Source: an uncultured Planctomycetia bacterium
GTDB lineage: Bacteria; Omnitrophota; Gorgyraeia; Duberdicusellales; 4484-171
Length of the DNA stretch: 64,000 nt
Assembly (NCBI GenBank): GCA_964629655.1
Contig: CAZVQU010000001.1
Location: forward strand, 164,056 to 228,055
Direction of reading: 5' to 3'
A model generated the notes under the pieces. That model worked only from the letters and a program-made list of their open reading frames with translations. It was not told where the DNA came from and searched no databases. Numbering within the stretch: position 1 is the first letter of the stretch; every line of letters starts with the position of its first letter. The position numbers were made by a program, and so were the translations under genes. Below, one piece after another: positions 54,626 to 64,000 of this stretch.

Positions 54626-55486
54626 TCATCCTCCTATCCCTAAAATAAGACTCAATATTCTGTCTCCCCAGAAAAACGCAACTACCGTTGCTAAAGATAA
54701 ATACGGTAAATAAGGTATCAAGTGTGACTTCTTAAAGATAATAGCAAAAATCGAATACAAGAGCGCGATAAAAGGGGCGATAAAGAATACTAACACTACA
54801 TCCCAAACTATGAATCCTAAAACTGGTGAATTAATCCCCAAGAATACACCAACCATGCCCATAAAATCGACATCGCCTAACCCTAAAGACTCTTTTTCGC
54901 CTTCGATTGACTCTTGTTTACGAAGCTTGAGATAAAAATCAATACCGATATCGCCAAAGAACTTAAAAGCATAAGTAAAACCAAAGCCAAAAAGTAATCC
55001 TTTCAAAGCTCTGTAAAAAGGCAACTCCTCTAAATCAAAGACTCCGGCTTTAAAAAGCTCACAAGTCGGCCACAGACTAAAGAGTAATCCTACAATAATT
55101 CCTATAAAACACAGGTGTACCGGAATAGCGTGGTAGTCGATATCGATGAATGAAACTACCACTAACAACGAAAAGAGAAATATATATTTTGCTAATTCTG
55201 CAGTAAGCCCTAATTTTAAATATAGGATTAGAAAGAATGCAGCAGTAATAAGCTCAACTAGCGGGTATCTTATAGATATCTTCTCGCTACAATCTCTACA
55301 GCGGCCTCTCAAAAAAAGATAGCTTAATATCGGAACATTATCATACCACTTAACAGGAGTCTTGCACTTTGGGCAAAAAGAACCGGGGAAAACAAGACTC
55401 TTCTCTTTAGGCAGACGATGAATGCACACATTCAAAAAACTACCGACACAGCTGCCAAAAACCAATATAAATATTTTTACAATCAT
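54626..55486 (-). CDS. pilD: Type IV prepilin peptidase (A24 family)
   Basis: Start chosen at MIVKIFILVFGSCVGSFLNVCIHRLP. Its ATG overlaps the aroE TGA. The zinc-binding CPKC...CRDC segment is followed by polytopic membrane sequence. Confidence 0.85.
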   Translation of the reverse strand: MIVKIFILVFGSCVGSFLNVCIHRLPKEKSLVFPGSFCPKCKTPVKWYDNVPILSYLFLRGRCRDCSEKISIRYPLVELITAAFFLILYLKLGLTAELAKYIFLFSLLVVVSFIDIDYHAIPVHLCFIGIIVGLLFSLWPTCELFKAGVFDLEELPFYRALKGLLFGFGFTYAFKFFGDIGIDFYLKLRKQESIEGEKESLGLGDVDFMGMVGVFLGINSPVLGFIVWDVVLVFFIAPFIALLYSIFAIIFKKSHLIPYLPYLSLATVVAFFWGDRILSLILGIGG

Positions 55487-56352
55487 TTCCTTCCCAGCTC
55501 CATATCTAAGGCTTCCCACATTACTTCTACTATTTTAGCACAAGGAATGGCAGTTTCAGTGAAATAAATAAAAGAAAAAGCTCCCTGATAAACAAGCATA
55601 CCTAAACCATCAGAACAGCGTAAACCTTTATCCTTAGCAAGAGATAATAATTTTGTCGGAGAAGGATTATAAATAAGATCATAAACAAATAAATCTTCAT
55701 GAAGCATGTTCTCTTCTATCAAACAGGGGTCATCCTTTGCCAAACCTACAGGAGTTGCGTTTACTAACAAGTCCTTATTGGCTATATTTAGCTGCCCGAT
55801 CTCATCTACTACTGATATATCAAGCTCCGGGAAAAGCTCCCCTAACATAAGAGAAACACCCTCTGCTTTATTCTTATCAATATCAAAAATAGCTATCTGG
55901 GCTACTTCTTTTTTCGCCACAGCATAGGCTACAGCCTTCCCGGCCCCTCCAGCACCTAGTATAGCTACTCTCTTATTCGTAGGATCAAAATTTAATTTGT
56001 TTAAATGCCTTAAGAACCCTGCTACATCGGTATTAAATCCTCTTATATCTTTTCCCTTTCTAACTATTGTATTTACAGCTCGGATTTCCTTTGCGTAGCG
56101 GGCTAATCTATCTAACTTTATGAGGCCAAAATCCAAAACTTTTTCTTTATAGGGAACAGTAACATTTAGCCCCCAGATGTTTTCATCCTCCAGACGGTCT
56201 AGGAAAGATTCTAATTCTTCAGGTTTCTTTTGGAATAAACGGTATTCTCCGGGAAGTTTTAATCTTCTAAAAGCAGTATTGTGCATTAAGGGAGAAAAAG
56301 AATGCTTTATCGGATGACCTATCAACCCATATATTTTGTAAGACGTTTTCAT
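55483..56352 (-). CDS. aroE: Shikimate dehydrogenase
   Basis: Start chosen at MKTSYKIYGLIGHPIKHSFSPLMHN. GAGGAGKAV NADP site. Confidence 0.85.
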   Translation of the reverse strand: MKTSYKIYGLIGHPIKHSFSPLMHNTAFRRLKLPGEYRLFQKKPEELESFLDRLEDENIWGLNVTVPYKEKVLDFGLIKLDRLARYAKEIRAVNTIVRKGKDIRGFNTDVAGFLRHLNKLNFDPTNKRVAILGAGGAGKAVAYAVAKKEVAQIAIFDIDKNKAEGVSLMLGELFPELDISVVDEIGQLNIANKDLLVNATPVGLAKDDPCLIEENMLHEDLFVYDLIYNPSPTKLLSLAKDKGLRCSDGLGMLVYQGAFSFIYFTETAIPCAKIVEVMWEALDMELGRK

Positions 56353-56354
56353 AT

Positions 56355-56807
56355 TTACCCTCCGAGAGCAATACCCCAAAAGTAATCCCAGGTTTCCTTC
56401 CTGAAGTAAGAAAAAGGGTTAGGATAAGTATACCTAAGATGGCCTTCTATCTCCCCTTGAGTTCGGTATCTCCTGACCATCAAATCTCCTTGGTCTTCTT
56501 CGATATAATCATAGACTAAATTCCAAAAATCATCCCATTGAGAAGGCTCAAACTGGCCAAATACATCTTTCGCTAAGTGGATAAGCCTAGCTTCTCTGCT
56601 GATAAAACTTAACGGACGCTTTCTTTCGGGAGCAAAGGTGAAGGAAAGATTATGCTTAAAAATATCTACTTTTTGTTTGGTAATCCCAAACCAACTCCCA
56701 ATAGTTGCTTTTAAAGAAGTTAATCTCTCTATTTTGTGGAAACTAATTATGCCTAAGGCTAGTGCGATGACTACGACAATCCCAATAAAATTCTTAAAAT
56801 ACTTCAT
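56355..56807 (-). CDS. Hypothetical membrane-anchored protein
   Basis: 150 aa. N-terminal TM helix. 4-nt overlap with the leuA stop. Confidence 0.4.
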   Translation of the reverse strand: MKYFKNFIGIVVVIALALGIISFHKIERLTSLKATIGSWFGITKQKVDIFKHNLSFTFAPERKRPLSFISREARLIHLAKDVFGQFEPSQWDDFWNLVYDYIEEDQGDLMVRRYRTQGEIEGHLRYTYPNPFSYFRKETWDYFWGIALGG

Positions 56808-58315
56808 CCAACTCTATTTAGAGCATCTAGATAAGCTTTTACTGAAGACTCTAAAATATCGGTACTTGCTCCCCGGCCATTAACAGTCTTGCCTTTGACA
56901 ACGACCTCTACCCTTACCCGTCCTTGAGCATCCTTTCCTCTGGTAATTGCATCAAGCTTATAATTAAGGAGCTTTGTTTTTATCCTGGTAATCTTATCAA
57001 TAGCTTTATAACAAGCATCTACCGGTCCGTCGCCAGTAGATTTAGCTTCGCGAATCTTGCCTTTGTATTTAATCTTGACTTCAGCTTGAGGCAAAACGTC
57101 AGTCTCGGTAACTACCTTTATTGAAATCAAATCATATATCTTAACCTTTGGTTTTGTTTGCTCTTCGGCTAAAGCAACCAAATCACCATCAAAAATCTCT
57201 TTTTTCTTGTCAGCTAACTCTTTAAACTGCTTAAAAATTACATTTATCCTCTCTTGGGAAAGTTTAAAGCCTAGTTTTTCCAACCTCTTGACTAAAGCAT
57301 GTCGGCCGGAGTGCTTACCTAAGACTATTTGGCTCTTATCTATTCCTACATCCTTAGGATTCATTATCTCGTAAGTACTTCGTTTCTTTAGAATAGCGTC
57401 TTGATGAATCCCTGATTCATGAGCAAAAGCATTCCTTCCAACAATCGCTTTGTTAGGAGGAACTATAAATCCGGTAAGGTGGCTAACCAAACGCGAGGTA
57501 CGGGCAATTTCTTTAGTATTTACACCTATAGCAAGATTCTTAAAAGCATCTTTACGGGTATTTAAAGCCATTACTATCTCCTCCAGCGAAGCATTACCTG
57601 CTCTCTCACCAATACCATTTACTGTACAATGAACCTGGCGAGCTCCGGCTGCAACTGCCGATAGGGAGTTTGCTACTGCCATCCCCAAATCATCATGACA
57701 GTGTATAGCTATAATTGCCTTATTAATATTAGGAACATTATTACGAATATCATCAATCAGAGAGTAAACTTCTTGAGGATAAGAATATCCTACTGTATCA
57801 GGAATATTGATTGTCCTTGCCCCTTGTTTTATGGCTGTTTCAATCACTCGATAAAGAAAGTCTTTTTTGGAACGGGTAGCATCCTCAGGAGAAAACTCAA
57901 TGTCAGGACATAAGTTGCGAGCAAACTTAGTAGCTCCTTTAGCTAAAGTTAAAATCTCCTCTTCAGCTTTTCTAAATTTATACTTGAGATGAATCTTTGA
58001 AGTGGCTAAAAAAATATGGATGCGAGGATGTTTTGCCCTTTTCAACGATTTATGGACAGCTTCGATATCTTTAGGCAGACATCTTGCCAGACCACAAATG
58101 AAACTTTTCTTTATATTCCGGGCGATAAGATCTACGGCCTTAGAATCATCGGGACTCGCAATAGGAAAACCTGCCTCGATAACATCTACACCTAACCTTT
58201 CTAACTGATATGCTACTTCTAACTTCTGTTCAGAGGTCAGAGACGCTCCCGGAGCCTGCTCTCCGTCTCTTAAGGTAGTGTCAAAGATAATAATCTTTTC
58301 TTTTTTTGCGCTCAT
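56804..58315 (-). CDS. leuA: 2-isopropylmalate synthase
   Basis: 503 aa, IIFDTTLRDGEQAPGASLT...HCHDDLGMAVANSL. Confidence 0.85.
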   Translation of the reverse strand: MSAKKEKIIIFDTTLRDGEQAPGASLTSEQKLEVAYQLERLGVDVIEAGFPIASPDDSKAVDLIARNIKKSFICGLARCLPKDIEAVHKSLKRAKHPRIHIFLATSKIHLKYKFRKAEEEILTLAKGATKFARNLCPDIEFSPEDATRSKKDFLYRVIETAIKQGARTINIPDTVGYSYPQEVYSLIDDIRNNVPNINKAIIAIHCHDDLGMAVANSLSAVAAGARQVHCTVNGIGERAGNASLEEIVMALNTRKDAFKNLAIGVNTKEIARTSRLVSHLTGFIVPPNKAIVGRNAFAHESGIHQDAILKKRSTYEIMNPKDVGIDKSQIVLGKHSGRHALVKRLEKLGFKLSQERINVIFKQFKELADKKKEIFDGDLVALAEEQTKPKVKIYDLISIKVVTETDVLPQAEVKIKYKGKIREAKSTGDGPVDACYKAIDKITRIKTKLLNYKLDAITRGKDAQGRVRVEVVVKGKTVNGRGASTDILESSVKAYLDALNRVG

Positions 58316-58325
58316 CGCAAACTGA

Positions 58326-59339
58326 TTATTCCATCCAAGGCATCATGCCCCGGAGCTCTTTTCCTATTTTCTCAATCGGATGCTCTTTCTCTTCTTCAGT
58401 TATTCTGTTATAGTTTGGCCGACCATCCTGGTTCTCCTTTATCCATTCATTAGCAAAAGAACCTGACTGAACTTCACCGAGAATCTTCTTCATCTCTTCT
58501 CTGGTCTGTTTATTAATAATTCTTTTACCTCTGGTTATATCTCCATACTCAGCCGTATCAGATACTTTCTTTCTCATCCCATAAATACCGCTCTTATAAA
58601 TAAGGTCGGTAATTAATTTTAGCTCATGTAAGCACTCAAAATAAGCAATCTCCGGTTGATATCCAGCCTCAACTAGAGTATCAAAGCCTGCTTTTATTAA
58701 CTCTGCAGTACCACCACAAAGTACTGCTTGCTCACCAAAAAGGTCAGTTTCAGTCTCCTCTTTAAAGGTAGTTTCAATAACCCCAGCTCTTGTTCCGCCT
58801 ATTGCCTTAGCATAAGCCAAAGCTTTATCTTTAGCTTTGCCGCTGTAATCTTGGAATACTGCGATAAGACAAGGTACACCCCTACCCTGTTCGTATTGCT
58901 CCCTTACCAAAGCACCGGGACCCTTAGGCGCAACCATAAAAACATCAGCATTCTTTGGTGGCACTATCTGCTTAAAGTGTATGTTAAATCCATGAGAAAA
59001 CACAAGGGCATTGCCTTCTTTAAGGTTAGCTTCTATTGCTTGTCTGTAAACCATACCTTGAACATGGTCTTGAGTTAATATCTGGATAATATCAGCTTGG
59101 TCCGCAGCTTCCTGCGCAGAAATAACATTAAACCCATCTTTTTTAGCTTGTTGGTGGTTTGGTGTATCTTCCAATTCGCTGACCAAAACCTCAATGCCGC
59201 TATCTCTTAAATTCAAAGCCTGCCCCCGGCCTTGAATACCATAGCCGATAATAGCTACCTTAAGATTTTTAATTACATCTAGATTAGCATCTTTGTCATA
59301 ATACATCTTGGCCATGTTTTTCCTCCTCCTTAATGACAA
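58326..59339 (-). CDS. ilvC: Ketol-acid reductoisomerase
   Basis: 337 aa, [21 protein letters not shown]. Confidence 0.95.
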   Translation of the reverse strand: MSLRRRKNMAKMYYDKDANLDVIKNLKVAIIGYGIQGRGQALNLRDSGIEVLVSELEDTPNHQQAKKDGFNVISAQEAADQADIIQILTQDHVQGMVYRQAIEANLKEGNALVFSHGFNIHFKQIVPPKNADVFMVAPKGPGALVREQYEQGRGVPCLIAVFQDYSGKAKDKALAYAKAIGGTRAGVIETTFKEETETDLFGEQAVLCGGTAELIKAGFDTLVEAGYQPEIAYFECLHELKLITDLIYKSGIYGMRKKVSDTAEYGDITRGKRIINKQTREEMKKILGEVQSGSFANEWIKENQDGRPNYNRITEEEKEHPIEKIGKELRGMMPWME

Positions 59340-59363
59340 CCCTGAATGAAGCGAAGGGCCTTG

Positions 59364-59837
59364 TTACTTCCCTATTGCAATTCTTCCAGTTCTTACCAAT
59401 TCCTTTATCCCTAAACTCTTTAACTCTTTTAAAATCTCATCTTCCTGGTGATGATCAGAGCAAATTTCTAAAAGAAAATCTCCTTTAGTCTCATCAATAA
59501 CTTTTACCGGAAACTTTTTAACTAATCTTTCTACAACCTTTTTACTTCCACCATTTTTCAATATTTTGATTAAAATCAAATCTCTATCAATATACTCTCG
59601 GCGGGTAAAATCAACTACTGTAATCACATCAATGAGTTTATGAAGTTGCTTCTTTATCTGCTCTAATATTCTTTCATCCTCGGCATCTACAACAATAGTC
59701 ATGCAGGAAACCGTAGAATCGTGGGTCTCGCCAACAGCTAAAGATTCAATATTATATCCCCGGGCACTAAATAAAGAGGCAACTCTTGCCAAAACTCCGA
59801 ATCTATTTTCCACCAAAGCTTGTATTGTATGTCTCAT
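59364..59837 (-). CDS. ilvN: Acetolactate synthase small (ACT) subunit
   Basis: 157 aa, LVENRFGVLARVASLFSARGYNIESL. Confidence 0.9.
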   Translation of the reverse strand: MRHTIQALVENRFGVLARVASLFSARGYNIESLAVGETHDSTVSCMTIVVDAEDERILEQIKKQLHKLIDVITVVDFTRREYIDRDLILIKILKNGGSKKVVERLVKKFPVKVIDETKGDFLLEICSDHHQEDEILKELKSLGIKELVRTGRIAIGK

Positions 59838-59841
59838 AATA

Positions 59842-61518
59842 TCACGCCATCCCGCCTATCATTCTGTTAATTGCTTCTCCAGCCGGCACCATCGGAAATA
59901 CATTCTCCTCGGGTTCAATCCGAAAATCAGCCAGAACCGATGTCTTTGCCGAAAGAATTTCTTTAACAGCTTTTTTTACTTCACTAACCTTCTTTACCCT
60001 GACACCTTTGATGCCATAACCCTGGGCAACTTTAACAAAATCGGGATTCTTCAGAGGAGTTCCTGAATAACGCCGATTGTAAAAAAGTTCCTGCCACTGC
60101 CTTACCATTCCTAAATAACCGTTATTTAAAATAATTATTTTTACCTTTATATTATAGGTACTCAAAGTAGCTAACTCCTGAATATTCATCTGTATTGAAC
60201 CGTCACCGGCAATAACAATAACTTCTTTTTTAGGATTAGCTATTTTTGCCCCGATTGCCGCCGGAAAACCATAACCCATAGTTCCTAGGCCTCCACTGGA
60301 TAAGAAGTGACGCGGATAGTCATACTTATAAAACTGCGCTGCCCACATCTGATTTTGCCCTACCTCGGTTACAATAATTGCTTTTCCTTTAGTCTGGTTA
60401 TAAATCTCTTCAATAACACGCTGAGGCTTTATCTTACCACTACCACTCTTCTTGTAAGAAAGCGGATGCTTCTTCTTCCAACCCTCTATCTTCTTATGCC
60501 ACTTACTTAAATCCGGAAGCCTAGACTCTTTTATCTCCTCAGTAAGCTGGCCTAAGATATTTTTGGCATCTCCGACAATAGGAACATCAACATTTATATT
60601 CTTACTTATTGAAGTCGGATCAATATCAATATGGATTATCTTTGCTTCAGGGGCAAAAGCATCAAGTTTACCAGTAACTCTATCGTCAAAGCGCGACCCG
60701 ACCGAAATTAAAAGGTCACTTTCAGTAATAGCCATATTAGCGTAAACAGTACCGTGCATTCCCGGCATACCCAAAGCCAAGTCATTCGTCGAAGGAAATC
60801 CTCCGAAACCCATAAGGGTAGTAGAAACAGGAATTTTAGCTTTTTCGGCAAACTTTAAAAGTTCATTATGAGCTTCTGATATTAAAATTCCTCCGCCAGC
60901 AATAATTACCGGCTTTTTGGAATCATAAATTAACTTTAGAACCTTTTTTATCTGACCGGGATGACCATAGTGAGTAGGGTTATAGCTGCGCATTTGGATT
61001 TTATCAGGATAACTAAAATCTGCCTCTTGAATCTGCACGTCAACCGGTAAATCTATAACTACCGGTCCCGGTCTGCCAGTATTAGCTAAATAAAAAGCTT
61101 CTTTTACGGTGTAAGCAAGATCTTTAACATCCTTTACTAAGTAATTATACTTTGAGACAGAACGAGTTACTCCGGTAACATCTGCCTCTTGAAAAGCATC
61201 GTTGCCGATTAAAGATGTTTTCACCTGGCCGGTTATGGCAATAATTGGCACTGAATCCATATGGGCAGTGGCAATACCGGTAATTAAATTAGTGGCTCCC
61301 GGTCCGGAGGTAGCTAAGCAAACTCCGATTTTACCAGTAGAGCGAGCATAGCCATCGGCAGCATGGGCAGCTGCCTGCTCATGACGGGTTAAGATAAATT
61401 TTATCGGGGAATCGTATAAACAATCAAAAATAGGTATGACTGTTCCCCCTGGGTAGCCAAAAATTACCTCGACCCCTTCACGGATTAAGCTTTCTATTAA
61501 GATTTTTGCGCCTTTCAT
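59842..61518 (-). CDS. ilvB: Acetolactate synthase large subunit
   Basis: 558 aa. ThDP motif GDGSIQMNIQEL...NN. Confidence 0.9.
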   Translation of the reverse strand: MKGAKILIESLIREGVEVIFGYPGGTVIPIFDCLYDSPIKFILTRHEQAAAHAADGYARSTGKIGVCLATSGPGATNLITGIATAHMDSVPIIAITGQVKTSLIGNDAFQEADVTGVTRSVSKYNYLVKDVKDLAYTVKEAFYLANTGRPGPVVIDLPVDVQIQEADFSYPDKIQMRSYNPTHYGHPGQIKKVLKLIYDSKKPVIIAGGGILISEAHNELLKFAEKAKIPVSTTLMGFGGFPSTNDLALGMPGMHGTVYANMAITESDLLISVGSRFDDRVTGKLDAFAPEAKIIHIDIDPTSISKNINVDVPIVGDAKNILGQLTEEIKESRLPDLSKWHKKIEGWKKKHPLSYKKSGSGKIKPQRVIEEIYNQTKGKAIIVTEVGQNQMWAAQFYKYDYPRHFLSSGGLGTMGYGFPAAIGAKIANPKKEVIVIAGDGSIQMNIQELATLSTYNIKVKIIILNNGYLGMVRQWQELFYNRRYSGTPLKNPDFVKVAQGYGIKGVRVKKVSEVKKAVKEILSAKTSVLADFRIEPEENVFPMVPAGEAINRMIGGMA

Positions 61519-61629
61519 AGCAATCTAGATTATATCATTGGCTCTCAAAAAAACAACAATGAAATTAACCCCTTATTTTTGTTATTATTTTGTATTCTCA
61601 AGGGCAAATTAAGGAGAGATTTATCCTTT

Positions 61630-63198
61630 TTATTTCAAATCTTTAAGAAGCTTATACTCAAAGCTATCAGCTAAAGCCTGCCAAGATGCTTCGATAACGT
61701 TCTCAGAAACACCAATGGTTGACCAGCTATCTTCCTCATCTTGGGACTCAATCAAAACCCTAACCTTTGCCGCAGTACCGCCCTTCTCATCTAAAACCCT
61801 GACCTTAAAGTCAGTAAGGTGCATTTTTGAAAGAGTGGGGTAAAATTTAGATAAGGCCTTTCTTAAAGCATTATCTAAGGCGTTAACCGGACCGTCGCCT
61901 TCAGAGGCCGTATGCTCTAGCTTGCCGTTAATCTTTAGTTTTATAGTTGCTTCTGAAATTAATTTATTATCTTCTTTTCTTTCAACAACAACTTTGAAAC
62001 CTAACAGATCAAAAAAGTTTTTGTGTTTCTTGAATTCCTTTTGAAGCAATAATTTAAAAGACCCTTCGGCGGCTTCAAATTGATACCCTTGGCTTTCTAA
62101 TCTTTGAATAAGCTTATGCAAATCCTTTGCTTTATCTGACTTCTTGTCTAAATCAAACTCTAACTCTTTAGCCTTTACTACCAGGGTAGACTTTCCAGCC
62201 AGCTCAGAAACCACAAATTTTCTCTTATTTCCCACTAAAGCCGGATCAATATTCTCATAGGCTCGAGGATTTTTAATCACAGCATCGATATGCACTCCCC
62301 CTTTATGAGCAAAAGCGCTTCGCCCGATGAAAGGGTGATTGTCGCGATGAGACATATTACAGACTTCACTTACAAAGCGAGACAGATGGGTTAGCTCAGC
62401 TAACTTCTTACTCGGCACAACATTCTTGCCCATTCTCAATTGCAATATACTCATTATCGGTACTAAATCTGCGTTTCCGCACCTTTCTCCGTAGCCATTC
62501 ATAGTCCCCTGGATATGGACACAACCTTCATCTACGCTAATTATCGAATTTGCTACTGCAAGACCCAGGTCATTATGGCAATGTATGCCAAATTCATCTA
62601 TAGAAAGTTTGCCCTTTATCTCCTGAATAATTGTTTTCATCTCACTAGGGAGTGTTCCACCGTTAGTATCGCAAAGAACAATCAGCTCTGCTCCAGCCTC
62701 TATAGCTGAGCCTACTGTCCGAAGAGCATAATCAGGATTTGCCTTATACCCATCAAAGAAATGTTCAGCATCGTAGAATACTTTCTTACCCTTTTTTGTC
62801 AAAAAATCTACGCTATCAAAGATAATTCTAAGGTTATCTTCAGGCTTTATCCTTAACACTTCGTTTACGTGCAAATCCCAAGTTTTGCCAAAAATAGTAA
62901 CATACTCAGTCTCTGATTCAAGCAGACTAATAAGATTCTTATCGTCCTTAGCCGGTTTTGAAGGATGAGCAGTAGAACCAAAAGGGGTAAGTTTGCTTTT
63001 TCTTAAGGGATTCTTCTTGAAGTATTCGAAGAACTCCTTATCTTTAGGATTAGAGAATGGCCAGCCACCTTCAATAAAATCAATACCAAAATCATCTAGC
63101 TTTTTAGCAATATTGATCTTGTCCTTGCAGCTTAAGGATATTCCTTCAGTCTGGGTTCCATCCCTTAAGGTCGTGTCATAAATATATACTTTTTTCAT
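61630..63198 (-). CDS. cimA: (R)-citramalate synthase (LeuA paralogue)
   Basis: 522 aa. IYDTTLRDGTQTEGISLS...IEGGWPFSNPKD matches the CimA-type N-terminus. Confidence 0.75.
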   Translation of the reverse strand: MKKVYIYDTTLRDGTQTEGISLSCKDKINIAKKLDDFGIDFIEGGWPFSNPKDKEFFEYFKKNPLRKSKLTPFGSTAHPSKPAKDDKNLISLLESETEYVTIFGKTWDLHVNEVLRIKPEDNLRIIFDSVDFLTKKGKKVFYDAEHFFDGYKANPDYALRTVGSAIEAGAELIVLCDTNGGTLPSEMKTIIQEIKGKLSIDEFGIHCHNDLGLAVANSIISVDEGCVHIQGTMNGYGERCGNADLVPIMSILQLRMGKNVVPSKKLAELTHLSRFVSEVCNMSHRDNHPFIGRSAFAHKGGVHIDAVIKNPRAYENIDPALVGNKRKFVVSELAGKSTLVVKAKELEFDLDKKSDKAKDLHKLIQRLESQGYQFEAAEGSFKLLLQKEFKKHKNFFDLLGFKVVVERKEDNKLISEATIKLKINGKLEHTASEGDGPVNALDNALRKALSKFYPTLSKMHLTDFKVRVLDEKGGTAAKVRVLIESQDEEDSWSTIGVSENVIEASWQALADSFEYKLLKDLK

Positions 63199-63234
63199 CT
63201 CTTACCTTTTGTCGGTTTAACAACTTTCTTTAGT

Positions 63235-64000
63235 TTATCCTAATTTAAATCCTTTGTGAAGGACTTTTAATGCTTTTTTACCAGCGGTTTTCTTAACTAT
63301 GCAAGAGATGCTAATCTCTGAAGTTGAAATCATATCGATATTAATCTTGTTTCTTGCCAAGACTGAGAAACATCTTGCTGCTACTCCGGAATGAGATTTC
63401 ATTCCCACACCGACGACAGAAACCTTGGCTATAGTTTCATCAGAGATAACTTCTCCAGTCCCAATACTCTTTGATATACTCTTTGATATTTTAAGAGCTT
63501 TGATGAGATTCTTTTTGGGTACAGTAAAAGAAATGTCTGTTGTCTTTTTATGACTTACGTTCTGAACGATCATATCTACGTTAATATTTTTGCGGGCTAG
63601 TTCGTTGAATAAATGAGCAGCAATTCCCGGCTTATCAGAAACATTGCATAAGGTTAACTTTGCTTCATCGCTGGTAAGGGTTATCCCTCTTACTACCGGC
63701 TCCTCTATAAATGATGTTTTTTTCATAATTATTGTTCCCTCCTTCTTGGTAAAACTTCCCCTTACGTGTATCGGGATATTAAATTTCTTTGCTACCTCGA
63801 TTGCCCTGGTATGCATAACCTGAGCGCCTAAAGATGCAAGCTCAAGCATCTCATCAAAAGTAATATTCTTTAGCTTCTTTGCCGCAAGTACAACTCGCGG
63901 ATCAGCAGTATATATGCCCTCTACATCGGTGTAAATTTCACATAAATCTGCCTTTAAAGATACGGCCATGGCCACAGCGCTTAAATCTGAACCACCTCGT
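63235..64000 (-). CDS. lysC: Aspartate kinase, C-terminal part (ACT domains); gene continues beyond window
   Basis: CEIYTDVEGIYTADPRVV motif. The frame stays open through position 64000 (..GGSDLSAVAMAV..). Confidence 0.85.
   Translation of the reverse strand, partial: RGGSDLSAVAMAVSLKADLCEIYTDVEGIYTADPRVVLAAKKLKNITFDEMLELASLGAQVMHTRAIEVAKKFNIPIHVRGSFTKKEGTIIMKKTSFIEEPVVRGITLTSDEAKLTLCNVSDKPGIAAHLFNELARKNINVDMIVQNVSHKKTTDISFTVPKKNLIKALKISKSISKSIGTGEVISDETIAKVSVVGVGMKSHSGVAARCFSVLARNKINIDMISTSEISISCIVKKTAGKKALKVLHKGFKLG

Overview
This window is AT-rich (~35% GC) and tightly packed with housekeeping genes. Nearly all of them are on the minus strand, in long operon-like strings with frequent 4-nt ATGA start/stop overlaps. 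It appears to come from a small-genome diderm bacterium. Outer-membrane machinery is present: an Lnt-like acyltransferase, an LptE-like lipoprotein and a TpsB barrel. A lineage assignment, such as Omnitrophica or Elusimicrobia-like, would be inference only. I found no transposase, integrase or CRISPR array. Genes I can recognise include secA, prfB, pilT, ogt, uvrC, murJ, rpsT, holA, comEA, comEC, leuS, nfo, rpmB, recJ, argS, thrC, hom, gpsA, pdxJ, acpS, cdaA, folP, ftsH, tilS, yggS, aroC, pilD, aroE, leuA, ilvC, ilvN, ilvB, cimA and a partial lysC, plus 7 tRNAs read by eye. The most unusual content is a two-partner secretion operon at the left edge (partial TpsA with the NPNGI TPS motif, then a TpsB). 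It is translationally coupled to a 742-aa TPR plus TolA-like Lys/Glu/Ala repeat protein. That protein has a 797-aa paralogue, ending in FWFW, inserted between comEC and an LptE-like lipoprotein. A second item is a c-di-GMP module (HD-GYP, CBS pair, PilZ coupled to hom) driven by two near-identical 35-nt promoter elements. Others are a Ski2-like helicase with a DSHCT tail, two leaderless-type promoters (TGnTATAAT-N6-ATG), a folP with an unexplained N-terminal domain and an internal heptanucleotide repeat, and pilD embedded between aroE and aroC. All functional calls rest on motifs recognised by eye. I ran no database search.
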